DNA of 64,000 bases, taken from positions 62,001 through 126,000 of IMG/VR virus record IMGVR_UViG_3300017917_001996; one strand, 5' to 3'. This document shows, in pieces, positions 35,001 to 46,200 of the stretch (positions are counted from its first letter, which is position 1; each line of letters begins with the position of its first letter). The notes below the pieces were generated by a model. That model ran no database searches. It saw only the letters and a program-made list of their open reading frames with translations, and was not told where the DNA came from. Position numbers and translations under genes: made by a program.

Positions 35001-38000
35001 ACTCCAGTTCTAGGATCAACACGATTTAAAGTTACATATGCGGTATCATTTGCATATTTAGGTGTTCCTTGTTGGCCCGACGATACATAAGCCGAGGGCA
35101 GGACATCGGTGATAACCCACTCATAAACTTCAACTGTACTTCCTGGGAACATCTCTCCCCAATGCTTAATTCGGTACTCAAGGCTATCTTGTTCATAATC
35201 AACATAGCGAAGATTATCGACATCCCACCAGATGGTACCTTGTTGTTTTTCACCCCAATGGGATTCTAATTCAATTAAGAACTCAGTTGAAGAGCCATTA
35301 TTATATTTGGCTGGATCTATGCTAGATATAAAATCAATGTCAGCTAATGCAGTGCCTAGTATTTTTCCTTTAGCAGGGTCAATTATGTCTAGTCTTTCAA
35401 GTATTACCTTGTCTACATTATTGTAAAGGTACATACTTCCAACTGATGCTAAATCAACTTTAGGTTCTTGGTTGCGTTGAACATTCCATGTTGTGCCATT
35501 GGACAGCACATAGGTAACCGGCGGAGTACCTAAACCAGGAACTACATTGTTTACAGTCTCAGAAATTGGACCATAATATGTAGGACCAATAACATACGGA
35601 TAGACTGGGTTGTCATTGTTGTCAACAGTAACAAAATATGCATATGTACCTTCTGGATAATCTGGTGTTACGCAGAATCTTCCGTTGTGTTGATCTAGAG
35701 TACCACTACCATCAACAAACATATAATCCTGTATAAACATACCCATTGGGTATTGTATAAAGTTACAAGACTCAACAACTCTATAGCTAGAGTTCTTAAA
35801 TCTATAACTAGATCTCATTTTGATAACAGGACTGTTCTTGTTTCCTTTTATTGCATAACCATAAGGACCGTAAATTGGATATCCATCGTTAGCAAAACCT
35901 AATATCTTGCTGTGCCCGTCTGGATGGCGTAATGATCCAGCAAGGTATTTTATTTCTTCGATTTCAGCTGTACCTGGTTTGTCTACAGTTGTTCCAATAC
36001 CTGTTTCCCATGCATTTTCAAATGTAAAGCTATTATAGGAATACATGCCAGATTCTGACAGAATCCCGCCGGCAGCATCCTTGTCTAATACACCATAATT
36101 AGAGTAAACTAAATTGTAATCATAGTCAGAGATTAACAAATAGTCACCAGGAGCGTACCCAGACACGCTAGGCGCTGTAACTGGAACGCCATTGAGCCAA
36201 TAACCGGTAATACCTGTTGCTGCTACTTCGGTTACCGCAGGAATGTCCTTGCCACCATTTAATGGCCAAATTCTATTATAGTGCTGATCCACTGCTGAAC
36301 TTACAGTTTTACCGTGTGTATGGTAAGGTGCGCCAGTTGTGCGAATGTTTATAGAACCGTTTTTAATTCCCCATGCACTGTGGCGGCCGCTGTAATTACC
36401 CAATGTACCTCTAACATAACTGTACACTGCCCAACGACCGTCTTCAGTTGTGTCAACCCAGGCAAAGTCTCCAGTATTTCTTGGTAGCTTGGTATAGTCA
36501 GCATCCCTGTCAGTGACAGTTGCATAACGGCAAGGTTCGAAGATAAACATTTCACCTGAAGATTGTATACTTCCAGTGGTGTCAAGTACGTTGGCTAATG
36601 CCAAGGTAATAAATGCGACAACAGTATTGTATTCTTCAGTGTTAACTACTTGATAGAAACCATTGAAATTACTATCAAAGTTTCTTATAGCAAATACGTC
36701 TCCAATTTGTAAACCATGATCGTACTTGAATGTCAACTTAATTTTATTATCAAGCGCATATTCTAATAGTATCAATTCGTTGTCAGTTGCTCGTGCTTGA
36801 TATACTTGCCAATCTTCATTGAAATCTTTAGCTGCCCATAGTTTGTATCCATCATCTAGAGATGATAAAATATTGCTTCCAATTTCAGAGTACTTTGATA
36901 TATCAAAGATTGTGCCATCTATATCGTTGTAATTAACATAGCCTGCTGTCTTTATATCAGTTTCTGTTTCTTTTAAAGAATTACGATTAATGAATATCGG
37001 AGCACGGTAATTTAAAGGATTGTTTATTAACTGATTAGGCTTAATCGTATTCACCGTATCATTGGAGTCGTCGTCGTAGTTTAACAACTTAAATGCAGAT
37101 GGATTAGCTTTAAACTTGGCCTCATCAAGTATCAGGTCGATACTTTGGTTTGACCTCAAAGCTCCATATTCGCCTACACGAACTGCCCATTCTTCATACA
37201 TCTCAACAGAGCTCTTAACATTATCAAAGTATCTTCCGAACAGTGCAGTTGTTGAATTTTTTGTTCCTTTTTCTTTGATATAACCTTGATAAAACTTAAC
37301 TTGTGTTGTTTGATCCATTCCTAGATTTTCTAAGAATGGTCTATTCCTAAATCCGATCAGACCGGTACTAAACTTTCCAAAGTCTTCGTCAAGAGAAACG
37401 CTGTCTACGTTGTAGACTTCTTCAAATTTCTGAGCATTGTGTGCAAAATTGGGGCTTAGACCAGAATCAATCTTCCTGTCTAGGATACTCCAGTTATCGA
37501 AGTTGAATGCAGTTGTTCCTGCAATGTCTTGAATAGCTGTGTAATTCTTATCTTTGTATCTAACAATATCACCCTTGATATAGTCTTGGTTTTGTTTCCA
37601 GTCGTCGACTTTACCAGTATTGTAGATAAAGCCAGGCGGCTCTAGTCCGCCTTGCCAATCAGTAGTTTTGTTGCCAATAAGTTTAATACGATATTGTCTT
37701 GTACCCAACTCTGGCTTGTAAAGAATATCGTTAAACACTGTAACATTATCAAAAATTAGTACATGTTCTTTCTGAACAAGCTCAAGTTCTGCAAGTGCAA
37801 TAGTCTGCCCTGACACTACTGTTACTGTTGTTAAATTAGTTTCTCTGTTAACACTAATTTCATTTAACGGAATAACGTTAAAGTTAGGTCCAAGAATCTT
37901 TGAACGCTGTGTTTGATTGGTAATTTGATCAACTACAAAGGTTTCATTGAAGAATAGAATTGAATTACTAGCTGGACTTAGTACAACTATATTTCCTTCT

Positions 38001-41000
38001 CTCCAGCCTTGCTCAGACCATGTTAAGAATTCTTTAGCACTCAGTGTCCAATCTAATACATGTGTTAGCTCAGGACTATATTGATTAAAAACAAACCCTT
38101 GGCTTACTAGATAACGCTGATAACCTATTAGGAAATCAACAACCTGTTGTTTATTAGTAAACTCATAGCCATACGGAACAACAATTTTTTCAGATCTGTA
38201 ATTTTCAAAAATTACTGCGTCTGAGTCTGCTGACTGAATGGTATAATATGACCCATTAAACTCGCTAGGAATAACTGTAAAGAACGGATTCTTTAAATCG
38301 TATCCAGATATCGAATACCCTGTCGCCGTTTTTTCAACAATAACTGCACTGTAGGTAGCCTTGGTAACTGCTATTCCATTGTTCAAGTGAACCAGGTAGT
38401 TCTCGTCGGGTATGATAACAGAAGTATTTGTACTGCCTGGACTAAACTGTTCAACTAGAGCAGTTAAGTATTTCTTGTCGGTATAACCTGCAATTTTATA
38501 TCCTAGTTTGATTTCGTTATTATCTAAAAGTCCGCGAATCTTCTCAACTGCATCGACACCTAGGTTAGTTAGATAACCATGTATCCAATTGATATAGCCT
38601 AAGGAACGATTAATCTCTCCATTAATTGTTTCACCATTTATTGTAATACGCTTACCGTTAGGACGTAGTTTTGAATCTTTGATTAGGTAAGAGTCTGTAT
38701 CGGTGTCTTTATAGTACGATGTAGTATCAAACAACAAGCCAAAATACATTGCTGGCTTCATTAAAGCCATGGCACGCTGTACTGCAAAAGGAAATTCGCT
38801 GGTCCTTCTCCAAGCCTCTTCAACTGGTCCATTATCACCAATAACAAAGTTTTGACTAAACTTTGTTCCATTGAAACTTCTTACTAAACGTGCACCAGGA
38901 GGCGGTAGTAAATTACCCAAACCGTCTACTGGAATAATATTTTTTAAACCTGGGCGCTTGAATCTATTGTCTACCGCATTGTTACCGAAGTTAAAACCAT
39001 TTTCTAAATCTGTCCACAATACAGTGTTGTTAGATTTATAAGGTGCTATACCGTATCTAGTTTCCCACCATGTAGGCTTTTCAGTAAAACCTAACATCTC
39101 CCATGGGTGTGTATGAGGACGATCGGTGTCGTATATGTACTTGTAAATACCTCTCCAATGTCCTAGCAATGGCTCGTCATTAATAGTATCGTCGGTTTGA
39201 TTGTAATTCCAAGTAAACTGATCATTAGATAAGAAGTAAGGATTCTTTGTAAATGACAACTGATTATTACCGGCCCACTTTAAGAATTCACCGGTTAAAA
39301 TCTGATTGTACTCTCTAATAGAATATTCAGTGGTACGGAACTTTCCAGGTATTACTGAATGTATATCAAATAAATCTTTATTGTATTGTATCTTGATGTT
39401 GTTGTATATTCTTGTTTCTAATTCTAGTAGATAATTATCTCTTAGATCATTAAACACTGGAGTTAAGCTACCGTCATGACCCTGTATTACCTGTACAGGG
39501 TTTCTATATGTGTTGTCAGTAAATATCTCAGGAACAAACTTAGGATATAAACCTAACTTGGTTGGTGTTTCAGGAACATAATTACCATCAGTATCTAGAT
39601 AACCTTTTACAGTTAAAATGTCTCCAGTGGCAACAGTTAATGAACTAGACAGTTGGATAGTAGGAGTTGTAGGTCCAATACTGTAATCTTTACCAAGAGT
39701 TAATAGCTTCTTGTTTAGATAAACTGATATAGCTTTACTGGTTTTCTTACCTGGGTATATATCAATGCCAATTTCAGTAAATATCTCATTGATGTAGTGT
39801 GTTTTATTTGATGAATTAAGTATCTTAAATTCTTCAACTACATAATTCTTACCCCATGGTAACATGTCACTGTAGAACCATGGGAATGAAATATTCTTAA
39901 CTGCATTAATCGACGATAAAATAGTTTCAATGCCCGAAGAAGGATCTTCTGGATCTAGTTCGGACATTGAAACACATAATTCTAAAAATTTATTCTTAAA
40001 CTTTTGATATTCACGTCGTGCAAAATCTAGACTGTTAATAAAATTAACCTGAGGATCATTTAAAAATAATGCTGTATTAACCAAAGTTGCAGAATGCTGC
40101 AATAACGTACCGGCTCCAAATTTTCCTATATCTCGAGAATTATTTTTTCCTAATGGCGCACCAACTAGATTATTTGTGTTGTTTAAAATCCTAGACCAAT
40201 GGTTTTGCATTTGGCCTAGTGTTACTGCATTAATTAAAATATTTTGAGGATTTAATTCAAGATTAAGTGGTATATTGTAGTAACCTAAGCTGCTCGTCTG
40301 TTTACTGTAGATAATAATGTCAATATCATCCCCAGTTTCCAGTACTGTATCAATATATATTGCTTTAAGAACCCCAACAGTTCTAATCTCTATTAGAGAA
40401 TCGTCAACAATTTTATTGTTAACATAAACTTTAAGATTTGGTTGATCAATCTCGTCGGCTGGTAAAACATCAATTTCAAAATAATTTGTTACACCATCGA
40501 ATGTGTGTTTAATGTGTTGATATTGTTTTGTTTGTTCAGTAACCTTGGGCCAGACACTGGTTTTAACATATGTTTCTCTAGAAACATTGTGCTGTAAGTA
40601 ACCAGTTAATATTTGTTTCGATTCAAAAAGATATGGTTTGTATGTAAATGAGTCTGTATCGAAGTAATTAGTAAAGTTAATATCTGCAAATGAATTACCA
40701 GTATTACTGTATTTTAAAGAAAATCCTAAAATAGAATCAACAGCCGATGTACCTCTAGTATAGCCAAACACTTTGCAACCAGCAAAGGTTGTCTTTGGGT
40801 ACGACGATTCATTACCAAAGCTAATACCTTGGTCGTCAACGACATCAAACAAAGGATCTTGGTTAGCACCAGATTTCCATTGAGACTGTACCCAATTTGA
40901 GCCATTAAACCAATAACTCTTTTTAGCATTAGCTCCAGAATTAATTACTACAGAATCGTAACTAACTGCTGTTTTATGCTCTGTGATAATTATACGAGGA

Positions 41001-43210
41001 CGATTAAATTTAAAACCAGCTGTAATGTAGTTAAATGTAGCAGGTTGTTCTAGTGTCAGTGTATTATTGTTAAGAATATTTTTTACTTTACCAATAAACA
41101 ATCCTTGCAGAGTATATAGCACAGTACCGGGCTCAATTTGTTGAACAAATGATGTCTTTGGATATTGAGCTGCTAGTGTACCATCAACTACTTCGTTGCT
41201 GCCATTTCTGACTGTAATGATACCAGTACCGGTTGCATCAAAAACTGTAGTTGTAGTCTGGTCAATAAATTCTATTTTATAAACTTTTGATCTCACTACT
41301 GGATCAGAATCTGATGGGAATACTACTAACTGCCCTTCTTTGATACCTAAATTTTTAATGGCAGCATCAGCGGGATTACGGTTAGTTAACAAATCAAATG
41401 CGTCTGCAATCGGTGTTGTTCCGATTCTATCATAGCAGCGATCGATAATACCTAAGAACACTCTTCCGTGATTAAACAACTGAATGTCTGGATCAAATTC
41501 AATGATAGGACGACGTGCACGATTTTCTGCAACAATTTCGGGTACAGTTTTGGTATACTCTGCTGTTTTGAGTAAGACATCAATGTGTATCCAACGATTT
41601 AATCTAGACCATGCGTTTAAATCCTTGGATGCACGGTGCATAACAATATACTCAGGTTTAACACTACCGAAGATTGGTTCATCCCACGGCCCTTGGTCAA
41701 ATCCTATTGTGTCCCAAGGAACTGAACTTTCTGGTAATTCACTTTCAATGGGAATTAATAAAGAGAAGTCAACCAACTTAATGCTTTTACCGACGCCCTC
41801 AACAATGTAAGATTTGTTATGATACGAGCTAGGAGTTACAGTGTTGTCGAATTGAACCTTCATGCCATTAGAGAAGACGACTCCGCTAGGACTTGTGTAG
41901 GAAGTTTTGCCTACAATATCAGCATCGACGTTAATTCTATTACCAGGAGAATCAACAATGTGAAGTTTTCCAACAAACTTTGAGTCAGAACCGTCGGTGT
42001 AGTACAAAACAGAAAGAGGAGCAGTAATTTGTCTTGCTGACTCAAACTGTCCCGAAGAGTTTTTAAAAAATTCATTGCCAGCATTAACAGTTCCGTGGAT
42101 GCTGCGAATTCTTGTACTAACAGCAATGTCGACTACAAATTCAAAACGAATACGTGGTGTTCTGTATGTGCCGTTATATAGAGAACTATCTTCAACAATT
42201 TTTACTTTCCAAATTCCTCTTCTTAGCGCATCAGGAACATAACTACCAGAATAATAAGTCCAATCGGCATTGGCGTTGCTAGAGTTTACAAAAACAATAA
42301 ACTCACCTTCAGGAAATCTTGTAGATCCATCGATGTCGTTTAATAGTTGAGCATGTTGAGGATTTGCAGAGTTACGTCGAGGATCGTCATTGGCTAAAGA
42401 TGGTGCCCATATACGACCGTCTAACGACGAAAATGTATCGTTGACTGCATAATGAATATAGTCAATTAGAGGATTTTTTAGATAATGATCTTGTGCATCG
42501 CGCTCGGGTACAGTAAATGAGATAATACCTTGCGTAGCACCGTTGTTAGTAACACCAAAAATATCTCTAGTAGAGACGGTTGGAGAATATTGTTTTTTAC
42601 CACTGGTTCCAGGTTCTGTTTGAATCCAAAACCCACCTGTTTGTAGAACTGAAAAGTAATATGTTGCGCCACGAACTAAGGTTAGGTCAGGGTTATCTAC
42701 AGTACCGGTTAAATCAGTCCTATAGCCATTGGTACTGCGTCCAATGGTATATACTTCGTTATTATTAGGTGTACCGGCAGTAATAGTAATTGTTGCCGGG
42801 CCGTTTGGCATCCAGTAGTACTGAGAGAAATTTGAGAGTTTGTCAAGGTCGATACAAGGATCGTAATTATAGTAGTCAGCCTTAAACAAACGGTCATGGT
42901 TAGACTTAATACCGCCGTAGTACTCAACCTTATTAATCAGATCTTTATAATCAACATATAAATTAACAACATTGTTATTTTCAACAACAACAGCAGGTTC
43001 AAGTTGATAATTTTGTCTATCGTCGGTGGGCTCGATAAGATAATTGTCACTTGCACTATATGCAGTAGAAAATTTTCTTCCCACAAAACCATTTATTTTA
43101 GTCAGCGATGGCTCGCTAATTAATTGGTCTAGCGTAACATTTAGAAACTTTTTGTTAGTTTCTGATCTAAAAATTTCTGGAAGAAAATTGATTGTCTTTC
43201 TAATGGCCAT
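32003..43210 (-). CDS. Giant baseplate wedge-type structural protein (3735 aa) with an inserted YHYH-like domain
   Basis: Follows the gp6-like gene, at the position of T4 gp7; internal HSKILGFANDGYPIYGPYG and LDQHNGRFCVTPDYPEGTYAYF motifs. Confidence 0.75.
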   Translation of the reverse strand: MAIRKTINFLPEIFRSETNKKFLNVTLDQLISEPSLTKINGFVGRKFSTAYSASDNYLIEPTDDRQNYQLEPAVVVENNNVVNLYVDYKDLINKVEYYGGIKSNHDRLFKADYYNYDPCIDLDKLSNFSQYYWMPNGPATITITAGTPNNNEVYTIGRSTNGYRTDLTGTVDNPDLTLVRGATYYFSVLQTGGFWIQTEPGTSGKKQYSPTVSTRDIFGVTNNGATQGIISFTVPERDAQDHYLKNPLIDYIHYAVNDTFSSLDGRIWAPSLANDDPRRNSANPQHAQLLNDIDGSTRFPEGEFIVFVNSSNANADWTYYSGSYVPDALRRGIWKVKIVEDSSLYNGTYRTPRIRFEFVVDIAVSTRIRSIHGTVNAGNEFFKNSSGQFESARQITAPLSVLYYTDGSDSKFVGKLHIVDSPGNRINVDADIVGKTSYTSPSGVVFSNGMKVQFDNTVTPSSYHNKSYIVEGVGKSIKLVDFSLLIPIESELPESSVPWDTIGFDQGPWDEPIFGSVKPEYIVMHRASKDLNAWSRLNRWIHIDVLLKTAEYTKTVPEIVAENRARRPIIEFDPDIQLFNHGRVFLGIIDRCYDRIGTTPIADAFDLLTNRNPADAAIKNLGIKEGQLVVFPSDSDPVVRSKVYKIEFIDQTTTTVFDATGTGIITVRNGSNEVVDGTLAAQYPKTSFVQQIEPGTVLYTLQGLFIGKVKNILNNNTLTLEQPATFNYITAGFKFNRPRIIITEHKTAVSYDSVVINSGANAKKSYWFNGSNWVQSQWKSGANQDPLFDVVDDQGISFGNESSYPKTTFAGCKVFGYTRGTSAVDSILGFSLKYSNTGNSFADINFTNYFDTDSFTYKPYLFESKQILTGYLQHNVSRETYVKTSVWPKVTEQTKQYQHIKHTFDGVTNYFEIDVLPADEIDQPNLKVYVNNKIVDDSLIEIRTVGVLKAIYIDTVLETGDDIDIIIYSKQTSSLGYYNIPLNLELNPQNILINAVTLGQMQNHWSRILNNTNNLVGAPLGKNNSRDIGKFGAGTLLQHSATLVNTALFLNDPQVNFINSLDFARREYQKFKNKFLELCVSMSELDPEDPSSGIETILSSINAVKNISFPWFYSDMLPWGKNYVVEEFKILNSSNKTHYINEIFTEIGIDIYPGKKTSKAISVYLNKKLLTLGKDYSIGPTTPTIQLSSSLTVATGDILTVKGYLDTDGNYVPETPTKLGLYPKFVPEIFTDNTYRNPVQVIQGHDGSLTPVFNDLRDNYLLELETRIYNNIKIQYNKDLFDIHSVIPGKFRTTEYSIREYNQILTGEFLKWAGNNQLSFTKNPYFLSNDQFTWNYNQTDDTINDEPLLGHWRGIYKYIYDTDRPHTHPWEMLGFTEKPTWWETRYGIAPYKSNNTVLWTDLENGFNFGNNAVDNRFKRPGLKNIIPVDGLGNLLPPPGARLVRSFNGTKFSQNFVIGDNGPVEEAWRRTSEFPFAVQRAMALMKPAMYFGLLFDTTSYYKDTDTDSYLIKDSKLRPNGKRITINGETINGEINRSLGYINWIHGYLTNLGVDAVEKIRGLLDNNEIKLGYKIAGYTDKKYLTALVEQFSPGSTNTSVIIPDENYLVHLNNGIAVTKATYSAVIVEKTATGYSISGYDLKNPFFTVIPSEFNGSYYTIQSADSDAVIFENYRSEKIVVPYGYEFTNKQQVVDFLIGYQRYLVSQGFVFNQYSPELTHVLDWTLSAKEFLTWSEQGWREGNIVVLSPASNSILFFNETFVVDQITNQTQRSKILGPNFNVIPLNEISVNRETNLTTVTVVSGQTIALAELELVQKEHVLIFDNVTVFNDILYKPELGTRQYRIKLIGNKTTDWQGGLEPPGFIYNTGKVDDWKQNQDYIKGDIVRYKDKNYTAIQDIAGTTAFNFDNWSILDRKIDSGLSPNFAHNAQKFEEVYNVDSVSLDEDFGKFSTGLIGFRNRPFLENLGMDQTTQVKFYQGYIKEKGTKNSTTALFGRYFDNVKSSVEMYEEWAVRVGEYGALRSNQSIDLILDEAKFKANPSAFKLLNYDDDSNDTVNTIKPNQLINNPLNYRAPIFINRNSLKETETDIKTAGYVNYNDIDGTIFDISKYSEIGSNILSSLDDGYKLWAAKDFNEDWQVYQARATDNELILLEYALDNKIKLTFKYDHGLQIGDVFAIRNFDSNFNGFYQVVNTEEYNTVVAFITLALANVLDTTGSIQSSGEMFIFEPCRYATVTDRDADYTKLPRNTGDFAWVDTTEDGRWAVYSYVRGTLGNYSGRHSAWGIKNGSINIRTTGAPYHTHGKTVSSAVDQHYNRIWPLNGGKDIPAVTEVAATGITGYWLNGVPVTAPSVSGYAPGDYLLISDYDYNLVYSNYGVLDKDAAGGILSESGMYSYNSFTFENAWETGIGTTVDKPGTAEIEEIKYLAGSLRHPDGHSKILGFANDGYPIYGPYGYAIKGNKNSPVIKMRSSYRFKNSSYRVVESCNFIQYPMGMFIQDYMFVDGSGTLDQHNGRFCVTPDYPEGTYAYFVTVDNNDNPVYPYVIGPTYYGPISETVNNVVPGLGTPPVTYVLSNGTTWNVQRNQEPKVDLASVGSMYLYNNVDKVILERLDIIDPAKGKILGTALADIDFISSIDPAKYNNGSSTEFLIELESHWGEKQQGTIWWDVDNLRYVDYEQDSLEYRIKHWGEMFPGSTVEVYEWVITDVLPSAYVSSGQQGTPKYANDTAYVTLNRVDPRTGVIKTRYCYWVAGRSEVTLRSKTHSAYTIAGMIKSPVSQGISYVAVLKDNSVMLYNCGQFLSGTNTALHIDYKLKVNEDIIHSEFELFQEGNSKSILNPRIEEKLIDSLIGADISGNKVPDPSLLPKDRLGLSKQPRQTLIIDRLKAVKSVVDYINSVLIQYPITSRIVNKEIVYSDNFYAASTPPTESEYDYNVDNYIQLDYVPELAANALIPGKKYIIISAGTTNFVTLGAANNNPGTVFTASAAGTGTGLCYPRRIFVATDANYNDYWSVYEKNADSTATLVKVQVFDVTNYWRKVDWYEKGFSSKTKINYTVDSFYQTYTLPLSINDVVKVRNNGGNLFELYQYRAGKLKLVGLQDGTIQLNDSLYNKKGYDFYSFDSGPFDLGSTIELRYILKGIKEDIFVKDLANFYNKFLFAIIEYILAEQKYVDWIFKTSFVSIAHKFEGLIQSSSFIKDQQELYRQYIDEVKPYRTKIREYNLNYSATDETSGAAVSDFDLPPYYDSDLERFRSPSGDLSIDSTLLATNPKYRDWANNYTYEVASIEIAERSKGHLNNPDISIISTDTTGSGATAEAAISSIDGSINRITVTNTGSGYINTPIVNISGTGYTPMSKYANLTANVYSNITSNVTGNIISSNITTVSLTNVRNAIGSPRLYNGKIRKVKTVIRFDRVQYTSAVTDWQSNTAYSAGSYVSYQGMGYKNNTGIGIAASVYFDPSKWTPVSSSSFDNANDRIMAYYQPTATMVPKILNRLIDGLDNPQANVVASVDIDSIISGGAFNGETIAPNLITVGEKYIITTLGNTNFVAMGAPENTLGVIFTATAAGTGTGKLVIAIGASAFGGAGGISSEDITINGGAFVSEILSHSPQELLPGSVFDSLNLRMIRKNESNVVVGGYRVFVSMAEDRSKVVVAANVRTVLSQDLNINDTTITVDDGSVLITPVSPSTPGVIYVNGERIEYSAKISTNVLSNIRRGTGGTGAPIVHSAGTMVEGGNTPSTD

Positions 43211-43220
43211 TGTTAACCTT

Positions 43221-46200
43221 TTACTTTACTGTTACTAACCCTTGATTAATTTGGCTGGCAGTAATTGCCGAAATAATTTCTACGTTATCTACCGTTGCAG
43301 CACTAATGATAATTTCGTTTGGTTCAGAATTAATTTGCTGTAAATTTCCAAAAGAGATTGTACTGTCCTTAGGAACAATAATAATGCTGGCAATATTTGG
43401 ACTTAGCACTTTATGTAGGTATGCTGCTAGTTCACTGAAATAGAAGCTTTCACCAAAGTCCCAATTTGTTATATCGAAATATGTGTTAATAGCGTTAACC
43501 ACCGATGTTTTAATGTCGGCGTCACTGATGTTGAGATTAGGATTCTTAACTACCTTGAATGTAGCTTGTAAGTTGTTTGCAGCTTTATCGCCAAAAATTG
43601 GCTTATAAGATGCACTATGGAAAACAATACTATCACTGATTGCTTTAATATTGTTTAGGTCACTAAATTCTAATGCCAGCTCGTTGCTGGTAGGCATGGC
43701 AGGCTCCGGGATTGTATTTGTTGTGTCTGCAATCCACAATCTATAACTTTCATTATATTCCGATGTTAGCATATAGATGTCAATAATATTACTTATATTA
43801 GGATCAACTCGGCGAGTATTCGGACTATTGTGTCTGTACTGGTAATATAAATCTCGACGTCCTGTATAAGCAATATACCTTTCTAAAGGTCCGACAATTG
43901 TTTTTCCTGAATCGTCCTGACCGACCGAGTAAAATGTATTTTCTCCAAAAGCGTAATAAACTTGCCCAACAAGTAAAGAATTTTTGTTACCTAATAATGC
44001 GGCTTTGGAAGGGAAGTGCGACAGAATTGCGCCATCCTCAACCAGTACTAAGTTAAAGAATTTATTGTAGCCCGATGTTGCCACAGACTTAAAGAATATT
44101 TTCTTAAATGGTCCGTTAATGGCTGGATTAATCAAGTACTCAAATACCTTAGGATCATCTGGTACACCGTCGTCGTCGGAATCAGCATAGGTAACATAAA
44201 TTCTTGTGTTATCTACATATCCATCATTATCAACTACCTGCTTGTAGACATGCCATGTGCAATCCTTGCCCAATGGATCTGAATTATCAGGTTTCGAATT
44301 AGACTTCAAAACTTTAATTTGATCCTTAATAACTGTAGCCGTCTTGCTGTCATAGATTTTTAAAGATTTATCAAAGTAGAATGTCGTTTCAATAGGGCTG
44401 TGGAATACGAATTCGATACCACGGTAGGTTACTAGATAGTCATTGACGTTATTTCTAAATTCAAATTTAACCATCCAATCTTGTGTTAGATCGTTAACAA
44501 ACTCCCAACTCTGTGAAGTACCATCATAATACAATCCAAAGTTTTCATAACTAGAAACTCGTCCAGCCATAGTCAGTACATATCCTGAACTAAAGTTGTT
44601 TTTGTAAACAGGAACAATTGTTTCTAGTAGCGCACCGGTTGGTACAATGCTGTTTAAAACTACAGGACCCGATCCGTTAGTAAAGTTACCAACACCGTTG
44701 TTTGTACCGTCACCATATACTTGCATAACTGCGGCATAGAAGTCGATACGATCGGACGAAGTTCTTGGCTTGCCCGGAACTAGTGTATTTGATGCATTAA
44801 AATAGTATCCTGGTGGTGCTGCAAATTTTAGTACAGCACCCGGTCGGATGTATCTTGTATTTGTAGTTGACGACATTGACACCGAAAGCGGTGCATTATT
44901 TCTTACAAAGTAACCTGTTGCGCTGTTATTACCAGTTGTACTCAAGTTCCATAGCGGAACTTCTAAAGCTGTACCCGACCCAACACCAATGTTTGTACCG
45001 GCAGCAGTTGCTTGGAAGTATGTTCCTTCTTTGTTTTCAGCTGCACCAATCTGTGTAAAGTCTGTAAGGTCAACAGACGTAATAAGATAGTATCTTCCTA
45101 CAATAAATCCGCCGGCGCTAACAACGCTAGACAAAGGAGGCACTGTTTCTACATTGCTATAATAGTAGTGCATCATTTCTTTGCTAGCAAGAATGTCGTT
45201 AATTACATTGTTATATAGAACTTTTTGTATGTCGTTAGTATTGTTAAATTTAAAATTAAAAGATCTAACATATTCGTTACGATATAGAACACCGTCTTGC
45301 CCAAATATATTTGTGCTGGAATATTTGCCAGTAGTGTCTAATACGTCAAGGTAGCGACTTAGTCCTGCACTGGTACGATTAATACTCTTAGCTTTAACAA
45401 TCTTACTAAAACTAGTATAAGGCAAGATGTTGTAATCTTCGCCTGTGATCATTCTGTTTTGTGTGTAGTATTGTTGCGGAGCTTTTTGTCTGATATCATC
45501 AGCAGTTTCTCTAGCAGCCGCATTGGTAACTGTATAACGTAGGCTAGCACGGAAAGTAATTGTTTCAGTCCTATTATCTCTACTAGTGTAATTAAAAGAT
45601 ACTGTAATAGAACGCATTTCCTCTGGAGTAACTTTGTAACTAAACCCGTTAGAAGTGCGATGGTACAATCTAAAATTACCTTGAGGGACGTTAGAATAGG
45701 ATCCGTCGCCGAATGCTAAACTAATCTGGTCAGCAGCTCTGGTATTGATTTGGTACAAATCACGTTCTTCTACTGTGTTGTAGATAACGTTAATGCCAGC
45801 TGTAGAAGGAACAGGAGTCCATAGGTTCTTTGTAGAACCGTTGCTGTTCAAACTGTACAGCCATACGTCTGTGTTGTTAATGTTGTTAACGTTAATATCA
45901 ACAACTTTGTTTGGTGTTGCTTCATTAATAACAAAATCAGAACTAGCTAGTTCTCCTTGCTTAAAATAGAAGAAGTATCCTGTATTATTGCTAGCATTAC
46001 CATTATTATCATTGCGGTATAAGAAATTAAATGGTTTGCTAAAGTTAGGTGGAACTTCATAAACATAGGACTTACCTATGCTGCTAGCACTGACAATTTC
46101 AAAATTAGTTTTTCTATTTTCAATGGTAGTTTCAAATCTGAACACAGGAACAATGTTAGGAAGTACGTTAAGACTGTACTCGTCGTTTCTAATTCCATTG

